Assembly: GCA_038087875.1 (NCBI GenBank)
Contig: CM076000.1
Location: 2,232,001 to 2,296,000 of the forward strand
Direction: 5' to 3'
From: Malacoraja senta
Taxonomy: Eukaryota
DNA length: 64,000 bases
Shown: positions 25,805 through 39,500 of the stretch, in pieces
Layout of the letters: each line of letters starts with the position of its first letter
Position numbering within the stretch: the stretch's first letter is position 1
Program-made: the position numbers and the translations under genes
Notes under the pieces: model-generated
What the model was told of the DNA's origin: nothing
The model's input: the letters and a program-made list of their open reading frames with translations, nothing else
Database searches by the model: none

Positions 25805-26930
25805 GTCATAGAATCATCGAGCGTGGAAACAGACCCTTCAGCCCAACTTGCACAAGCTGACCAACATGCCCCATCTACATTAGTCCACCCTGCCTGTGTT
25901 TGGCCCATATCTCTCCAAACCTATCATATCCATGTACCTGTCTAAATGTTTCTTAAATGTTGTGGTAGTACCTGCCTCAACTACCTCCTCCAGCAGCTTA
26001 TTCTATATACCTACCACTCTTTGTGTAAAAATGTTAACCCTCAGCTTCCGACTAAATCTTTCCCCACTCACCCCAAACCTATGCTTCTAGATACTCTGGG
26101 TAAAAGACTCTGTGCATTTATCTGATCTATGATGTTGTACACTTCTATAAGATCACTCTCATCCTCCTGCCCTCCTAGCCTGCTGAACCTGTCCCTATAG
26201 CTCAGGCAGTCGAGACCTGGCAACATCCTTGTATATCTTCTCTGCACCCTTTGTTGGCAGTTGAGTATAGGAGCAAAGAGGTCCTCCTGCAGTTGTACAG
26301 GGTCCTAGTGAGACCACACCTGTAGTATTGTGTGCAATTTTGGTCTCCAAACTTGAGGAATGACATTCTTGCTATTGAGAGAGTGCATCGTAGGTTCACG
26401 AGGTTAATTCCCAGGATGGCGGGACTGTCATATGTTGATAGATTGGAGCGGCTGGGCTTGTATACTCTGGAATATAGAAGGATGAGAGTGGATTTTATTG
26501 AAACATATAAGATTATTAAGTGTTTGGACATGCTAGAGGCAGGAAACATGTTCCCAATGTTGGGGGAGTCCAGAACCAGGGCCATAGTTTAAGAATAAGT
26601 GGAAGCCATTTACAACGGTGATGAGGAAAAACTTTTTCACACAGAGAGTTGTGAGTGTGTGGAATTCTCTGCCTCAGAGGGTGGTGGAGGCTGGTTCTGT
26701 GGATGCTTTCAAGAGAGAGTTAGATAGAGCTCTTAGGGATAGCGGAGTTAAGGGGTATGGAGAGAAGGCAGGAATGGGGAACTGATTGTGGATGATCAGC
26801 TATGATCACATTGAATGGCGGTGCTGGCTTGAAGAGCCGAATGGTCTACTCCTGCACCTATTGTCTATTTCCATCTTTCCTATAACAGGGTGACCAAAAC
26901 TGAACATAATGCTCTAAATGAGGCCTCAAT
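25805..26930. mobile_element. CR1 3' fragment (-) interrupted by a younger CR1 3' fragment (+, ~26255-26868)
   Basis: ORF 26332-26592 [26 protein letters not shown]..; the flanks are antisense CR1 3' sequence. Confidence 0.85.
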
Positions 26931-27485
26931 AATGTAGCTGTGCAGCCAATTCCCATTCATCCTCACCAGTTTTTACCAAAGCAGGTGGGTGTAGCGCTGA
27001 GTGGGGTCATTTACCACTGACACTGGGGAAAGGAAAGTGGGACAGGCACTGTTTCTAGGTTGGGTAGTTTTGGTCGCCCCATTGCAGGGCGGGCAGGAGT
27101 AGGTCCGGGGAGGTCTAACCTACCGTGCCTTCAAGGTCGGCTGCAGGAGGCGCTCCCTGGGGCATGAAGGCTGCATGATTGGAGAGGAGAGGGGAGAGGG
27201 CCAGCTTGCTGGTGAACCGTATGAGGGGGAGAGGCAGTGGCATCTAGGACTGGCCGCGGAGGGAGGCGGTCAGGCCATTGAACAAAGAAGGCCTGGGTGG
27301 GGGAGGGAGGTAAGGGTGGGTGCGGTGAACAAAGAAGCACCATCGGGACTCTAAGGAGTTCCTTGTAACTTTGCCGATGCCAGAAACGTGGTGACTCTGC
27401 ATACTTTGTGTATTGTATGCAAAGACAATCAAATTTTTCAGTGTAACCAGGTTCATGTGACAATAAATTATCGTTGAATCACTAG

Positions 27486-28345
27486 AGATGCAAGAAACTG
27501 CAGATGCTGGAGAAATAAACACAAAGTACTGGAGCAACTCAGCGGGTCAGGCAACATCTCTGGAGAACAAGGATAGGTGATGTTTTGGGGTCAGTACCAT
27601 TCATCAGTCTGACTGTGGTGGGGGTAGGGTGAAACAGTTGGAAGAGAGGAGGTGCAGGACAATGCCTGGTGAGTGATAGGTGGATACAGGTGAGGAGGGA
27701 AAGGGGGGTGGGGGGGGGGGGGTTTGATAGGCAGATGGTTAGACAAAGACCAGAAATGAAAAGCCAAAATGTGTGAGATAAGGAGAGATGTGAATTGTGA
27801 AGCCAGAGGAAGGAATACAGGTGGAAGGGGACCAGGGAGGGGGAAAAGAAGAAATTGATGTGATTCCAGGTGGGGCACAGGGAAGAGAGGGGGAAGGAAA
27901 AGGAAAAAAAGAGGGTTGTTTGTGGGTTTGTTACCTAAAATTGGAGAATTCAATGTTAATATAGTTGGGTTGTAAACTGCTCAATCGGAATATGAGGTGC
28001 TGTTCCTCCAGTTTGCGTGTGACCTCACTCTGACAATGGAGGAGGCCAGGACAAAAAGGTCAGTTTGGGAATGAGAAGGGGAGTTAAAATGGTTAGGAAT
28101 GGGGAGACCCAGTAGGCCTTGGCAGCTTAAGAGTTCGGCAAAATGGTCGCTGAGTCTACACAGATGCTGGAATCTTGAACAAAATGGAAAGAATTGAAGG
28201 AACTCAGCAGGTCAGGCTGCATCGGTGCAGCAAATGGACACATAACACTTTGAGTCTGCAGAAGAGTCTCGACCCAAAACATCACCTGTCCATTCCCTCC
28301 AACAATGCTCCCGACCCGCTGAGTTACTCCTGCAATTTGTGCTTT
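27486..28345 (-). mobile_element. Penelope-like element 3' portion (GIY-YIG endonuclease C-terminus plus terminal repeats)
   Basis: Minus-strand translation 28160-27931: RLSDHFAE..NHFNSPSHSQTDL/GLLHCQSEVTRKLEEQHLIFRLSSLQPNYINIEFSNFR* (one frameshift). Confidence 0.85.
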
Positions 28346-28799
28346 CCTATTTTATTTCTAGGATGCTTAACCAAGTAAAATATGGAAAAATGTATTTCAA
28401 ACAATGGTTCTACATTGTCACATATGCACAGCACAGTGAAATTCTTTTGCACAACCCAAAAATGCACAGTTGCCATATTTTTGCGCAGTTTACAAATAGA
28501 AATACAAATACCAAAGTCTAAAGTCTGGTCCGTCCACATGCTGCCTCGTTCTGGACACCACAATAAATGATTAATCCAGAAACACTTTAAGAAAGATGTA
28601 AAGGCCTTAGAGAAGATGCAATAGAACTTTTCCTGGAATGGGAAATTTTAGTAATGTGGAGAGGCTGGTGAGGCTGGGAGATTTGTACTTGTAGCTGAGG
28701 TTTTTTTTGAGAAAATCTGATAGCTATTTAAAATCTTGGAAGAGGGAGTGCATAGAGAGAGATGTTTCCGTTGGCAAAAGATGAAAAACTTATGATACC

Positions 28800-29187
28800 A
28801 ATTGAGAGCCTCCTTTATTCCAGACCAAATCATGAGACCGCACTTGAAATCCCCCCAGAAGTCCCCCCGAAAATGTGCTGCCTAGGCCGGGTGAGGCGGC
28901 CAATCTCGACCTCATTGGCATTTCCATGGCCGGTCGGCGAGTCGAATTGGCCCCATGCGGCTGCGGCTCTGGAACTCTGGTCTGGCCGGAGCCGGCAGAT
29001 CCATTCCCGTAGCTGACTTCCGTGGCTGACTTTGCGGGCCGGTATCTCGGCCTCTCGGCGGCCTGGGTGGACCATTCCGGTATCATTCGACTCCTCTTCG
29101 AGGCTGTGACCTCTGTTGGACCGGCAAAACGGATAATCCAGAAAAGCTCTGGAACTAAGGGGTGCCGGAAAATTGGCGATGGACCTG
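28800..29187. mobile_element. Tc1/mariner-type MITE with left end lost
   Basis: Homologous to 36616-37034; right TIR ..CCGGAAAATTGGCGATGGACCTG followed by TA. Confidence 0.7.
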
Positions 29188-31074
29188 TACAGATTGAAGA
29201 TGATTATCACTTTGGTTCTTGGGACCAAAGAAATAAGTTTATCTTTGTGCGATGAATATTTAGAATCTGGAGAGCATTGCCAGGAAGGTTGTGGAGGAAA
29301 ATTTCAGTCATTGGTTTGAAAGGCGAGCCGGATGAGTACTTGAATGGGAAGTATTTGCAGTAGTGAGGAGAGAGGGCAGTGGAGCAGGAATGCACTTGCA
29401 CAAAGCCAGCACAGACTTGATGGTTAATGACTTCAATCTGAGCCGTGACCTTGCCGTCACTTTGTGCTGCTAAGACAGATGGCAGAGTGTAGGTTCCACT
29501 GCATGAGGGAGATTTAAGGAGGTTGCAATGTTTGCCTTTGCAGAGATGCACATCACCAATACTGTACCCAGAAGAGATGGGTGAGCAGATGGCTAATATC
29601 AAGGTAGCTACAAAGTACAATTACCGCACCCTACCCCATACCAAACAGATTCACACGTTTGCTGGCTGCAAAATGTCACCTTGTCAACATGCTTTAAGTT
29701 TACGGCTGTCCCAAAACCAATACCTCTGGAGAGTCATAGCGTTTGAATTACTTACTATACACAATTAGCATGCTTAAATACATTACAATTATAAGTGTAT
29801 GTACAATTATTTCAATTGATTGTAATCATATATAGTCTCTCCGCTGACTGGATAGCTTATAACAAAAAGGTTTTTCACTGTTCCTCACTACACGTGACAA
29901 CAAACTAAACTAAACAAATGCAGTTCAATCTATCGTATAACCAATATTCTTATCATATTTTAAGAGGTTTTAAGAAGAAAACATCGTAACAAACCCTGTG
30001 TAACTTGCTTGCACATGGAGTGTCTGAAGCTAACAGTGGGAATTAATTAAAGGGGAAGTTAGATAGGTAGAGCAAAATGTAAGGTTCAGAAGGATCTGGT
30101 TTGTTTAGTTTGGAGATACAGCACTGAAACAGGCCCTTCGATCCACTGAGTCCACGCTGACCATTAATAACCCATTTACATGCTAGTTCTACATTATCCC
30201 ATGTTCTCATCCACTACAAACACACTAGGGGCAATTTTACAGAGGACAATCTAGATTGAGGGAGTCCAGGACCAGAGGCCATAGTCTAAGGATAAAAGGA
30301 CATACCTTAAGAAAGGAGATGAGGAGGAATTTCTTTAGTCAGAGGGTGGTGATTCTTTGGAATTCATCGCCACTGTGGAGGCCAAGTCACTGGATATTTT
30401 CAAGGCGGGGATTGACAGACTCTTGATTAATACGGGTGTCAGGAGTTACGGGGAGAAGTCAGAAGAGTGGGGTTGAGAGGAAAAGATAGATCAGCCATAA
30501 TTGAATGGTGGAGTAGACTTGATGGGCCAAATGACCTAAATTCTGTCCCAGAACATGAACTTATATCTGGCCTAATTCTGATTCTAGAACATGAATTTAT
30601 GAACAATCAACCTACAAACTTGCACATATTTGGGATGTGAGAGAAAACCAGAGCACCCGGAGAAAACCCACGTGATCACAGAGAGAGTGTGCAAACTCCA
30701 CACAGATAGCACTCCGAGGTCAGGATTGAGCCGTCCACAGTGTGCAGAAACAGGATAAAGGGAATAGCGTTTAGTGCAAGTCCAGTAAAGTCTGATTACA
30801 GACAGTCCAAGGGTCTCATGAGGTAGATGGCAGCCAGCATCATCACAGCCCCCCCCCCCCCTCACCCTGGCCGCACTTTCATTCCACTCCTACCACCGAG
30901 AAGAAGGTACAGGAGTCTGAAAACCCTGACCACCAGGTTCAATAATAACCATCGTGCTCTTGAACACTGCATAACACTAACCTGAACAATGAACTTCTAT
31001 GAACTGTCTTTAGTTGCACTGACTACATTTTTTGCACTACCACTGTGGTTACTCATTTATAATTTTGTTTTGTT

Positions 31075-31402
31075 ATTTAGTTTTGGTTTAAGTTTTCAGT
31101 TTTGGCGATATGGCGTGGAAAAAAGTCATTTGGCTTATTGGGTCCACACCAACCAAGGATCACCTGTACACTAGTTCTATGTTATCCCAGTTTGGCATCC
31201 ACACACTAGGGACAATTTACAGAAGCCAATAAACCTACAAACCTGCATGTCTTTGAAATGTGGGAGGAAACTGGAGCACCCGGAGAAAATCCAGGCGGAT
31301 TTCCAGGCAGAATGTACAAACTCCGTACAGACAGCACCTGTAGTCAGGATAGATCCGGGTCTCTGGCGCTGTAAGGCAGCAACTCTGCTGAGCTGCGCTG
31401 CC
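31075..31402 (-). mobile_element. HE1/V-SINE-like SINE
   Basis: Consensus match. Confidence 0.75.
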
Positions 31403-32049
31403 CTACCTGTTCTACTTGGTGTGTGGATTGTAGGCTGAAATCATTTGTTAGCTGACTGACTAACTCTTGTTTAAAGTAGCCTTATTTTGGGTAATACACA
31501 AAATGCTGGATGAATCAAACTCAATTGGTCAGGCAGTATCTGTGGAGGGAAATGGCAAGGTGATGTTTTGAGTCGGGACCTTTCTTCAGACTGATGAATG
31601 TGATCAGTATGGACAAATTGAGCTGAAGGGTCAGACTGAAGATGGGTCCCGACCCAAAATGTCACCTGTCTGTAACCAAGACAGAAGTCTGAGCAGATAA
31701 TCTCCCATTTCAGAGCTCCCTTCCACAAAAAGATGATGTGCATTCACCATGGAAGCGTGGAGACATTTTAACACGGAGACTTCCCATAGGATTAATTTCA
31801 TCGTGAATGCTGCAAAATACCAAAACCAGAACCTACCTCTGATTATGTGATCAGGGATGTGGCGGAATCTCTCTCCAGCCATGAAACACGTCTGAAATTA
31901 TAATAAACAACTTAAGTAATTTTGAACTTTCTGTAGTTATTTCAAAAATCTTTTTCCCAGACTCCACAAATATTTCAATTGCCACCAATTTACTTTTTCC
32001 ACGAGCTGACATTCCCTGTCAGTCAAGTCTGTGCTGCTATGTATTTTTC

Positions 32050-32368
32050 CAAGGGCGGCACTCAATCACGCAGTATTAGAGTTGCTGCCTCGCAGTGCCA
32101 GAGACCCAGGTTCGATCCGGACTTTGGGTGCTGTCTGTACGGAGTTTATACGTTCTTCCTGTGGCCGTGTGGGTTTTCTCCAGGTGCTCCGGTTTCTTCC
32201 CATATTCCAAGAATGTGCAGTTTTGTAGGTTAATTGGCTACGGTAAACTGCCCCTGTATGTAGGATGCAAAACTGGGATAACGTAGAACTAGTGTACAAT
32301 GGTTGGATCAATGGTTGGCCCAGACATGGTGGGCCGAAGGGCCTGTTTCCACGCTGTATCTCTAAACT
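32050..32368 (+). mobile_element. HE1/V-SINE-like SINE
   Basis: B box GGTTCGATCC, core and tail. Confidence 0.8.
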
Positions 32369-32617
32369 ACATGGATACATGGATAGGAAAGGTTTAGATG
32401 GCAAAATGCAGCAGGTGGGCTGGTGTAGATGGGGCATCTTGGTTGGCATGGGCAAGTTGGGCCGAAGGGCTTGTTTCCGTGCTTTATGACTCTATGACCA
32501 GTTAGTTTTAACAATGTGGTAGGGAAAATAATGAACAAAGGGGAGAATAGAAAAACATCCTTCCTTTGACTTCAACTGAATCCTTAAGGAAAAGACAAAG
32601 TGTTGCAAAGGCAACAT

Positions 32618-32902
32618 TTTAGTTTAGTTTAGAGATACAGCAGCCCACCGAGTCCACGCTGACCAACGATCATCCATACACTAGTTCTATCCTACACACT
32701 GGGGACAATTTTACAGAAGTCAATTAACCAACACACCTGTACGTCTTTGGAGTGTGGGAGGAAACCGGAGATCCCGGAGAAAACAAATGAAGTAACAGGG
32801 AGAACGTGCCAACTCCGTATAGACAGCACCTGTAGTCAGGATTGAACCTGGGTTTCTGGTGCTGTGAGGCAGCAACTCGACCACTGCGCCACCGTGCCGC
32901 CC
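32618..32902 (-). mobile_element. HE1/V-SINE-like SINE
   Basis: Consensus match. Confidence 0.8.
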
Positions 32903-34759
32903 GTATCTATAGAGATGATCGACAGATGACATTTTGGGTCGGGATCGTTCATCTGTCCATTCCCTCCACAGATGCTGTCTGACTTGCTGAGTTCCCCCAG
33001 CACTTTGCTTTTTGCTCGGTTCCAGCATCTGTGGTCCCTTTTGTCACCACTGGATTCCTGTGGCATTTAATTCACACCTTGATTTAATTTACAACATTTG
33101 CCCTCAGCTTAGGACCATAGCACCTTCACAGCCCTCTTCCAGCTCTGTGCTCTGTACACACTCTCCTGAATGTGATCCATTATAAAGTTCTCCTGTACAT
33201 CAGAAATTATCTTCTAAAGTCATCCACCTTCTTTCTAAATAAAATGATTGTTGAAAATCTACCTCATCACTAGCCTTCTTCGATGACTCTTACGTTCTTT
33301 CATTTATTATTCTTTTGTATAACATTCCTCTCAGTATTAAGATGATGGTACAGGTTGTAACTCTCATAATGTGGAAATATGTATTTTTTACATCTGACAT
33401 GAATTCACAGGTTTGGAATTAAAAATGTAACTGTGAATGCTGAAATTGAAACTCATAGGAAAACCCTAAATGATTTTTTTTTGTAACAGAGTTGGGAGAA
33501 AGCTTTAGAAAAACAGCTTGGAAACAGGCCTTTCGGCCCATCAAGTGGATGGTGACTATCAAACACGTTCGGAAACGTCACCCATTCCTTCTCTCCAAAG
33601 ATGCTGCTTGTCCCGCTGAGTTACTCCAGCATTTTGTGTCTATCTTTGATTTAAACCAGCATCTGCAGTTCTTTCCTACACATGTTCATTCTAGTTCTAT
33701 GTTATCCCACTTTCTCATCCACTCCCTACACACCATGGGCAATTTACAGAGACCTACATACGTCTTTCGAATGTGGGAGAACAGCAGAGGATATCCACGC
33801 AGATTCGGGGAGAACTGCAAACTCCACACAGATAGCACCCGAGGTCGGGATTGAACCTGGCTCTCTGGAGCTGTGAGCCAGCAGCTCTACCATTTGTGGT
33901 AGAGCTGCTGTGCTCTCCTCCACTGTGCTCTCATTTTTGTATGGTGATTAGTATTGATCCCTTTATTGATTCCGTTTAGTATGGAATCAATAGAATGGCA
34001 ACAATTCAGTTCCCAGTTTCCTACTTTGACGAGTTTTATGACCAATTCTGCAAACCAACAGAAAATAGTGTTCACCAGTTATCTTGGCAGCCCAATGACA
34101 GGAAAAGTTTTGTCATGTCAGAACGTCACGGATGGGGAAAATAGTCAAAAGGACACAAAGTGCTGGTGTAACTCAGCAGGTCAGGCAGCATCTCTGGAGA
34201 ACATAGAAACTAGGTGCAGGAGTAGGCCATTTGGCCCTTCGAGCCAGCACCGCCATTCAATATGATCATGGCTGATCATCCAAAATCAGTACCCCATTCC
34301 TGCTATCTCCCCATATCCCTTGATTCCGTTAGCCCGAAGAGCTATATCTAACTCTCTTTTGAAAACATAGATAGGTGACGTAGATGAAGAAGTGTCTTGA
34401 CCCGAGACATTGCCTATCCATGTTTTTCAGAGATGCTGCCTGACCTGTTGGGTAACTCCAGCACTTAGTGTCTTTATTTAGCATAGTTTGGTGTTTAACA
34501 TGATTAACTGAGCATTTGGCCTAATGCCAGCATGGCCCTTTTATATATTTGTACTTCTGATCCCAAAGCTGTTATCAAAGTCAGCCTGAAATATTAACTC
34601 ACTAGCCTGAACGGAAAATCATTGTATAAACTTCCTGCACATTAACCAGCATCTGCAGTTCTTTGTTTCTACATAGAAAATTAGACGAATCCTTAATGAC
34701 TCTAAAACACTATCTTTCCTCCACTACTCTCAGTTCCAGAACACCTCGAACACCTATGT

Positions 34760-35796
34760 GTAGGAAGGAACTGCAGATGCTGGTTTACACCGAAGAAAGG
34801 TGCAAAATCAGTCTGAAGAAAGTCCTGACCCTTTCGGTGGGGGCGCTGCGAGACAGCTGTGACACGGCTGCCCTGCCAGCAGCGTGTTCATCATTTCTAC
34901 TTTTATGTGTCCAAATGTGTGTTTAAATGTCTCTTGGTGTGTCTTGTGTGGGGGGTGGTGAAGGGGGGGTAAGGGGGAAACCGCTTTCAGTCACCTCCCC
35001 CACGGAGAGGCGACTTTTCCCATGTCGCCTCCCTCGCGGCCTAACACCATGGATTGGAGCGGCCTTTCCCTGAGTCGGGCCCGGAGTCGGGCCTGGAGTT
35101 TCAGCAGAGGGTGCAGCATGGACTTTTTATCGCGGAGTGGGCGAGCCCTTGCCGGTGTCGCCAGAAGGGAGTGCTCCGATCTCTGGCCCGCAGACTGTTA
35201 CAGCCTGAAGCCGCGGTCTACGGAGCTACTAGCCGCAGGCGAGGCTTCCGGAGCCTGGGACCCCTCGCTAGGGATCGCCGGAGAAGAGCTCCTACCGCCA
35301 ACCCGCGGCCGATAACATCCTGAAACCGTGGTCTGCGGAGCTTCTAGCCGCGGGCACAGCGTGGACTTAACACCTGGAGCATGGGTTCCCTCGCCAGGGA
35401 CAACCAGAGAAGAGTCCCGACTGCCGGCCTGCGGCCTACAACATCCTGAAGCCGCGGCCTCCGGTAGGAATGTGACGATTTGGGACTTCTAAGCCGCGGA
35501 GTGTGTTCGACCGTCCCGATGTCGGAGTTTCAACCATCCCGACGAGAGGGCTTGTATATCGGGTCGTCCGTAGCGGCGACTAAGGAGGTTTATGGCACCG
35601 ACCACGGGTGAACAATGGAGGAGGATTGACTGTACTTTGTGCCTTCCACCACAGTGAAGAATGCTGTGGTGGATGTTTGTGTTTAATTTTATTGTGTATT
35701 GTGTGTTCTTTTTTGATTGTACCGCTGCTGGCAAATTCATTTCACTGCACTTATATGTGTATGTGATGAATAAAACTGATCGATTGATTGATTGAT

Positions 35797-35828
<32 letters not shown>

Positions 35829-36055
35829 AATGCTGGAGTACCGCAGCGGGTCAGGAAGCATCCCTGGAGAAAAGGAATAGTTGACATTTCGGGTCGAGAC
35901 CCTTCTTCATACTGAGTCAGGAGAAAGGGAAACTAGAGGTATGAAAAGGGTCAGAACAAATCAGAGCTGGCACCGATGACTCAAGAAAGGTGGAGCCCAC
36001 AATGGTTCATTGTTGTCCGTGGAATAGGCGATAATGAAATATACAAGCAGTAACA
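34760..36055 (-). mobile_element. Penelope-like 3' fragment hosting a GC-rich retroposon
   Basis: 12-bp TSD GAACACCTATGT at 34748-34759 and 36056-36067; 35827-36050 is the reverse complement of the 3' part of the 24417-24875 element. Confidence 0.75.
34840..35826 (+). mobile_element. GC/CpG-rich non-autonomous retroposon with internal ~120-bp tandem units
   Basis: Units start at 35201, 35316 and 35442 (CA(G/T)CCTGAA(G/A)CCG(C/T)GG); hairpin 35645-35673; TTTCACTGCAC..GTGATGAATAAAA then (GATT)n tail. Confidence 0.7.
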
Positions 36056-36615
36056 GAACACCTATGTCAGGAAGGCTGGAAGTACTATCGTGGATGCCTG
36101 CCACCCTGGCCACTCTCTATTCTCTCTTTTACCTTCTGAGAGAAGATTGAAAGCCCAGATGGCCAGTCTACAATCAGCTTCTTCCTCACTGATATCAGAC
36201 ACCTGGACCGGCCATCTCTTTCACACTCCACTGCCACTTATAGTTTAGTTTAGTTTATTATTGTCACGTGTACTGAGATACAGTGAAAATCTTTTGTTGT
36301 GTGCTAATCAGTCAAATAAAAGAATATACACGATTACAATCAAGCCGTCCGCAGTGTACGGATAAAGGGTACAACATTTAGCGCAAGACGAAGTGCGATA
36401 AAGTCTGATTTAAGATAGTTCAAAGGTCTCCAATGAGTTAGATGGGAGGTCAGGAACACTCTCTAGCCACATGGTCTTACTCTGAACTCTACCTCATTCA
36501 ATTATTACATTATTGATATTTATATCTCCGTGTACCATTTGGGTCTGCACTACAATCTTGCACCATCCTTTTTGCACTCATCATTTTATATATTATTGTA
36601 TTTGTCATTAATGTA

Positions 36616-37034
36616 CAGGTCCACCACCAATTTTCTGTGTACCAACAGGTCCACCACCAAATTTCTTTAATCTGGACAAAATTACGAGAGTGCACTTGAA
36701 ATCGTCACCACCCCCCCCCCCCCCCCTCTCCCGGAAGTCCCCCCAAAGATGTGGGGCCTAGGCCGGATGAGGCGGCCGATCTCAACTTCATCATGACTTC
36801 AGCGGGTCGAATTTGCCCCCTGCGGCCGGGGCTCTGGAACTCCGGAGTTGGCAGATCCGTCGCCATAGCCGATTTATGCTGCTGACTTTGCGGGCCTGTG
36901 TCTCGGCAACCCCAGCGGACTAGGTGGACCGTTCCGGTACCATTCGACTCCTCTCAGAGGCCATGACCTATGTAAAATGGATAATCCTGTAAGGCTCTGG
37001 AACCAAGGATGCCGGAAAATCGGTGGAGGACCTA
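36616..37034. mobile_element. Tc1/mariner (Tigger-like) MITE
   Basis: Imperfect TIRs CAGGTCCACCACCAATTTTC / GAAAATCGGTGGAGGACCTA, flanked by TA on both sides. Confidence 0.75.
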
Positions 37035-38739
37035 TATATTGTTTACTTCATGTGAACAAGTACAGTAATTCCATTGCACCCTGGCTAATATGACAGTAAA
37101 CTAATCTGAATCTGAATCTAAACCCTGTCTCCATCTATCAAATGAGACTGAATGATCAGACCACTGGACCTCACAATGTGAAACAAGGAAGAAGCAACAT
37201 TTTAAAAGAACTTAAACACGAACAACTTAAACAACACAAGTAATGGATTAATCACAAGTAAAGGTGGTTTGCAGGAAAGATACTGTAACTATCGCAGGAA
37301 ATATAATGCTTTTGTTTTTAAAATAATTGGGAATTTTATAGCTGGTATTTCTTGTCATTTTATTTTCCAAAGGGCATTTGGAAATAATATTAGCATGAGT
37401 TCCTGTCTATAAATGTTTCGGAGGATGACATTTTTCTCAACAACAATTTCAGAGTTGAACATTGCTCTTCTTGATTTAGAGTTTAAAAAATAATATTTTC
37501 AGGGATAATTGTAATTATGCCATTTGCTTTAGATTTTAAAACTATTTCACCAGCAAATCTTAGCCTGCATTGCTTCAAATTTTATGAACATTCAAACTGA
37601 ATCTAACAATCTGTACAATTAATGCAACATGAAATGGCAGTTGTTGAATTGGAAATATCTCCAATCTTTTATTGGTAACAGTGACAAGCTCTGTAAGTAA
37701 AATCTATCATTATTGGATATAATAATGCCGTTCCTCTTCCCTCTATGACCCATTAATGTTTGCAACTGAATCTCAAACCCGTATCCCTTACTTTACCGCA
37801 GTGACACTTCGGTTCCCACGGATTCCACGGGTCATCCTTTCCAATCTGTGAATGCTTAATTAGTGTTAATTTATAACAAACTTAATGTTTTGGCAAGGAA
37901 AATAATTGAAAATGTCTAACTCAATTTCATTAAGACCCCAAAAGGGTCATTGACATCTTGTTGGCCAATTTTAAGCTTGTTCAGTCTCAGACAGAACACT
38001 GTTAAATTATGTGTTGGGAAAAGTTTTATGTAGAGGGCAAAACTTCTACAATGTTATATTGTTTTGTTTTTTTTCTTTGGAGAGGCTTTTATTTACTTTA
38101 TTGGCTCCGTTTTCTGTATTCATTTTCATTAGTACAAATATTTAGGATAGCTACGATGCTGCAAAAAGCTTGTCTGCACAAATCCCACAGTTATGCTGCT
38201 CTTTGTTTTACAGGGCAACGTGTGTAGAAGCACGACTGCATTCGAAGAGCAGCAATGGGGGCAGGGGTGGGATATTAGTGGGAGAGTGTGTTGATGGAAA
38301 ATGGAAGGAAAAGCTTAACGTAAAAAAGAGGTGAGGATTTATGGCCCCTTCATACCTTCCACTTCTAACCAAAGAAAATAACGGTGTAGGCATGGATAGG
38401 AGAAACAAAGTGAGGCCAGACCTTGCAGGGAAGGCTGGTAATTCTGCAGCGGACTGCTGGCATTTATCCTAGTAAGTGTCAACAGGTTTGAGATTCTCAC
38501 TTGCTGACTGGATCTCACTGGCACTTTCACACCTGTGCTCTAACACTGGATTCCCCATGGAGTCCAACAGCAGGGCATAATCTTGCAGAGTTCCCCAGCG
38601 CTTAGGCTGGGAGACCTGCCAACTGAATTAGGACCAGACTTACTATTTCATTCCAAGGACCTCAGAGCGAGGGGGGAATGGCAACTAAAAGGCGACTCAC
38701 TTTTCCAATTGATTGACTTTTCTTTGAAGTTTGTAATTT

Positions 38740-39036
38740 GGACTTTAGAGATACAGCGCAAAAAAATAGGCCCTTCTCCCCACTGAATCCGCGCCAACCA
38801 GCGATTACCCCGTACTCGAGCACTATCCTACACACTAGGGACAATTTACAATTTTACCAGAGCCAATTAACATACATACCTGCACGTCTTTGGAGTGTGG
38901 GAGGAAACCAGAGCACCCGGAGAAAACCCACGCAGTCACGGGGCGAATGTACAAACTCTGTATAGACAGCACCTGCAGTCAGAATCGAACTCGGATCTCT
39001 GGCGCCGTAAGGCTCCCCTGTGGCACTGTGCCCCAC
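38740..39036 (-). mobile_element. HE1/V-SINE-like SINE
   Basis: Consensus match. Confidence 0.8.
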
Positions 39037-39269
39037 CTAAAAAATTACTACATTTTCTCAGTGGTTACATTCATTTTACTCATTTTTAATTTTCTGTATT
39101 ATTTATTTAACAGCCTTATCATATTTTTGAATATCAGAGATGCTGCCTAATGCGCTGTTATTCCTGCACTTTGTGTCCTTCTTTGTAATACACCAGCACC
39201 TGCAGGTCCTTGTTCCACCAAAATTTCACGCCCATTCTAAAAGATTATTTTCAAGGAAGGATATGCTTA

Positions 39270-39500
39270 CATTAGACCCCGTACACTTGCACTATCCTAC
39301 ACAATAGGGTCAATTTAGAATTTACCAAAGCCAATTAACCTACAAACCTGCATGTCTTTGGAGTGTGGGAAGAAGCTGGATTCCCCAGAGAAAACCCATG
39401 CTGTCATACAAACTCCATACAGACAGCACCTGTAGTCAGGATCAAACCCAGGTCTCTGGCGCTGTAAGGCAGCAACTCTACCGCTGCGCCACTGTGCCGC
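39270..39500 (-). mobile_element. HE1/V-SINE-like SINE (tail truncated)
   Basis: Consensus head and core. Confidence 0.75.
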
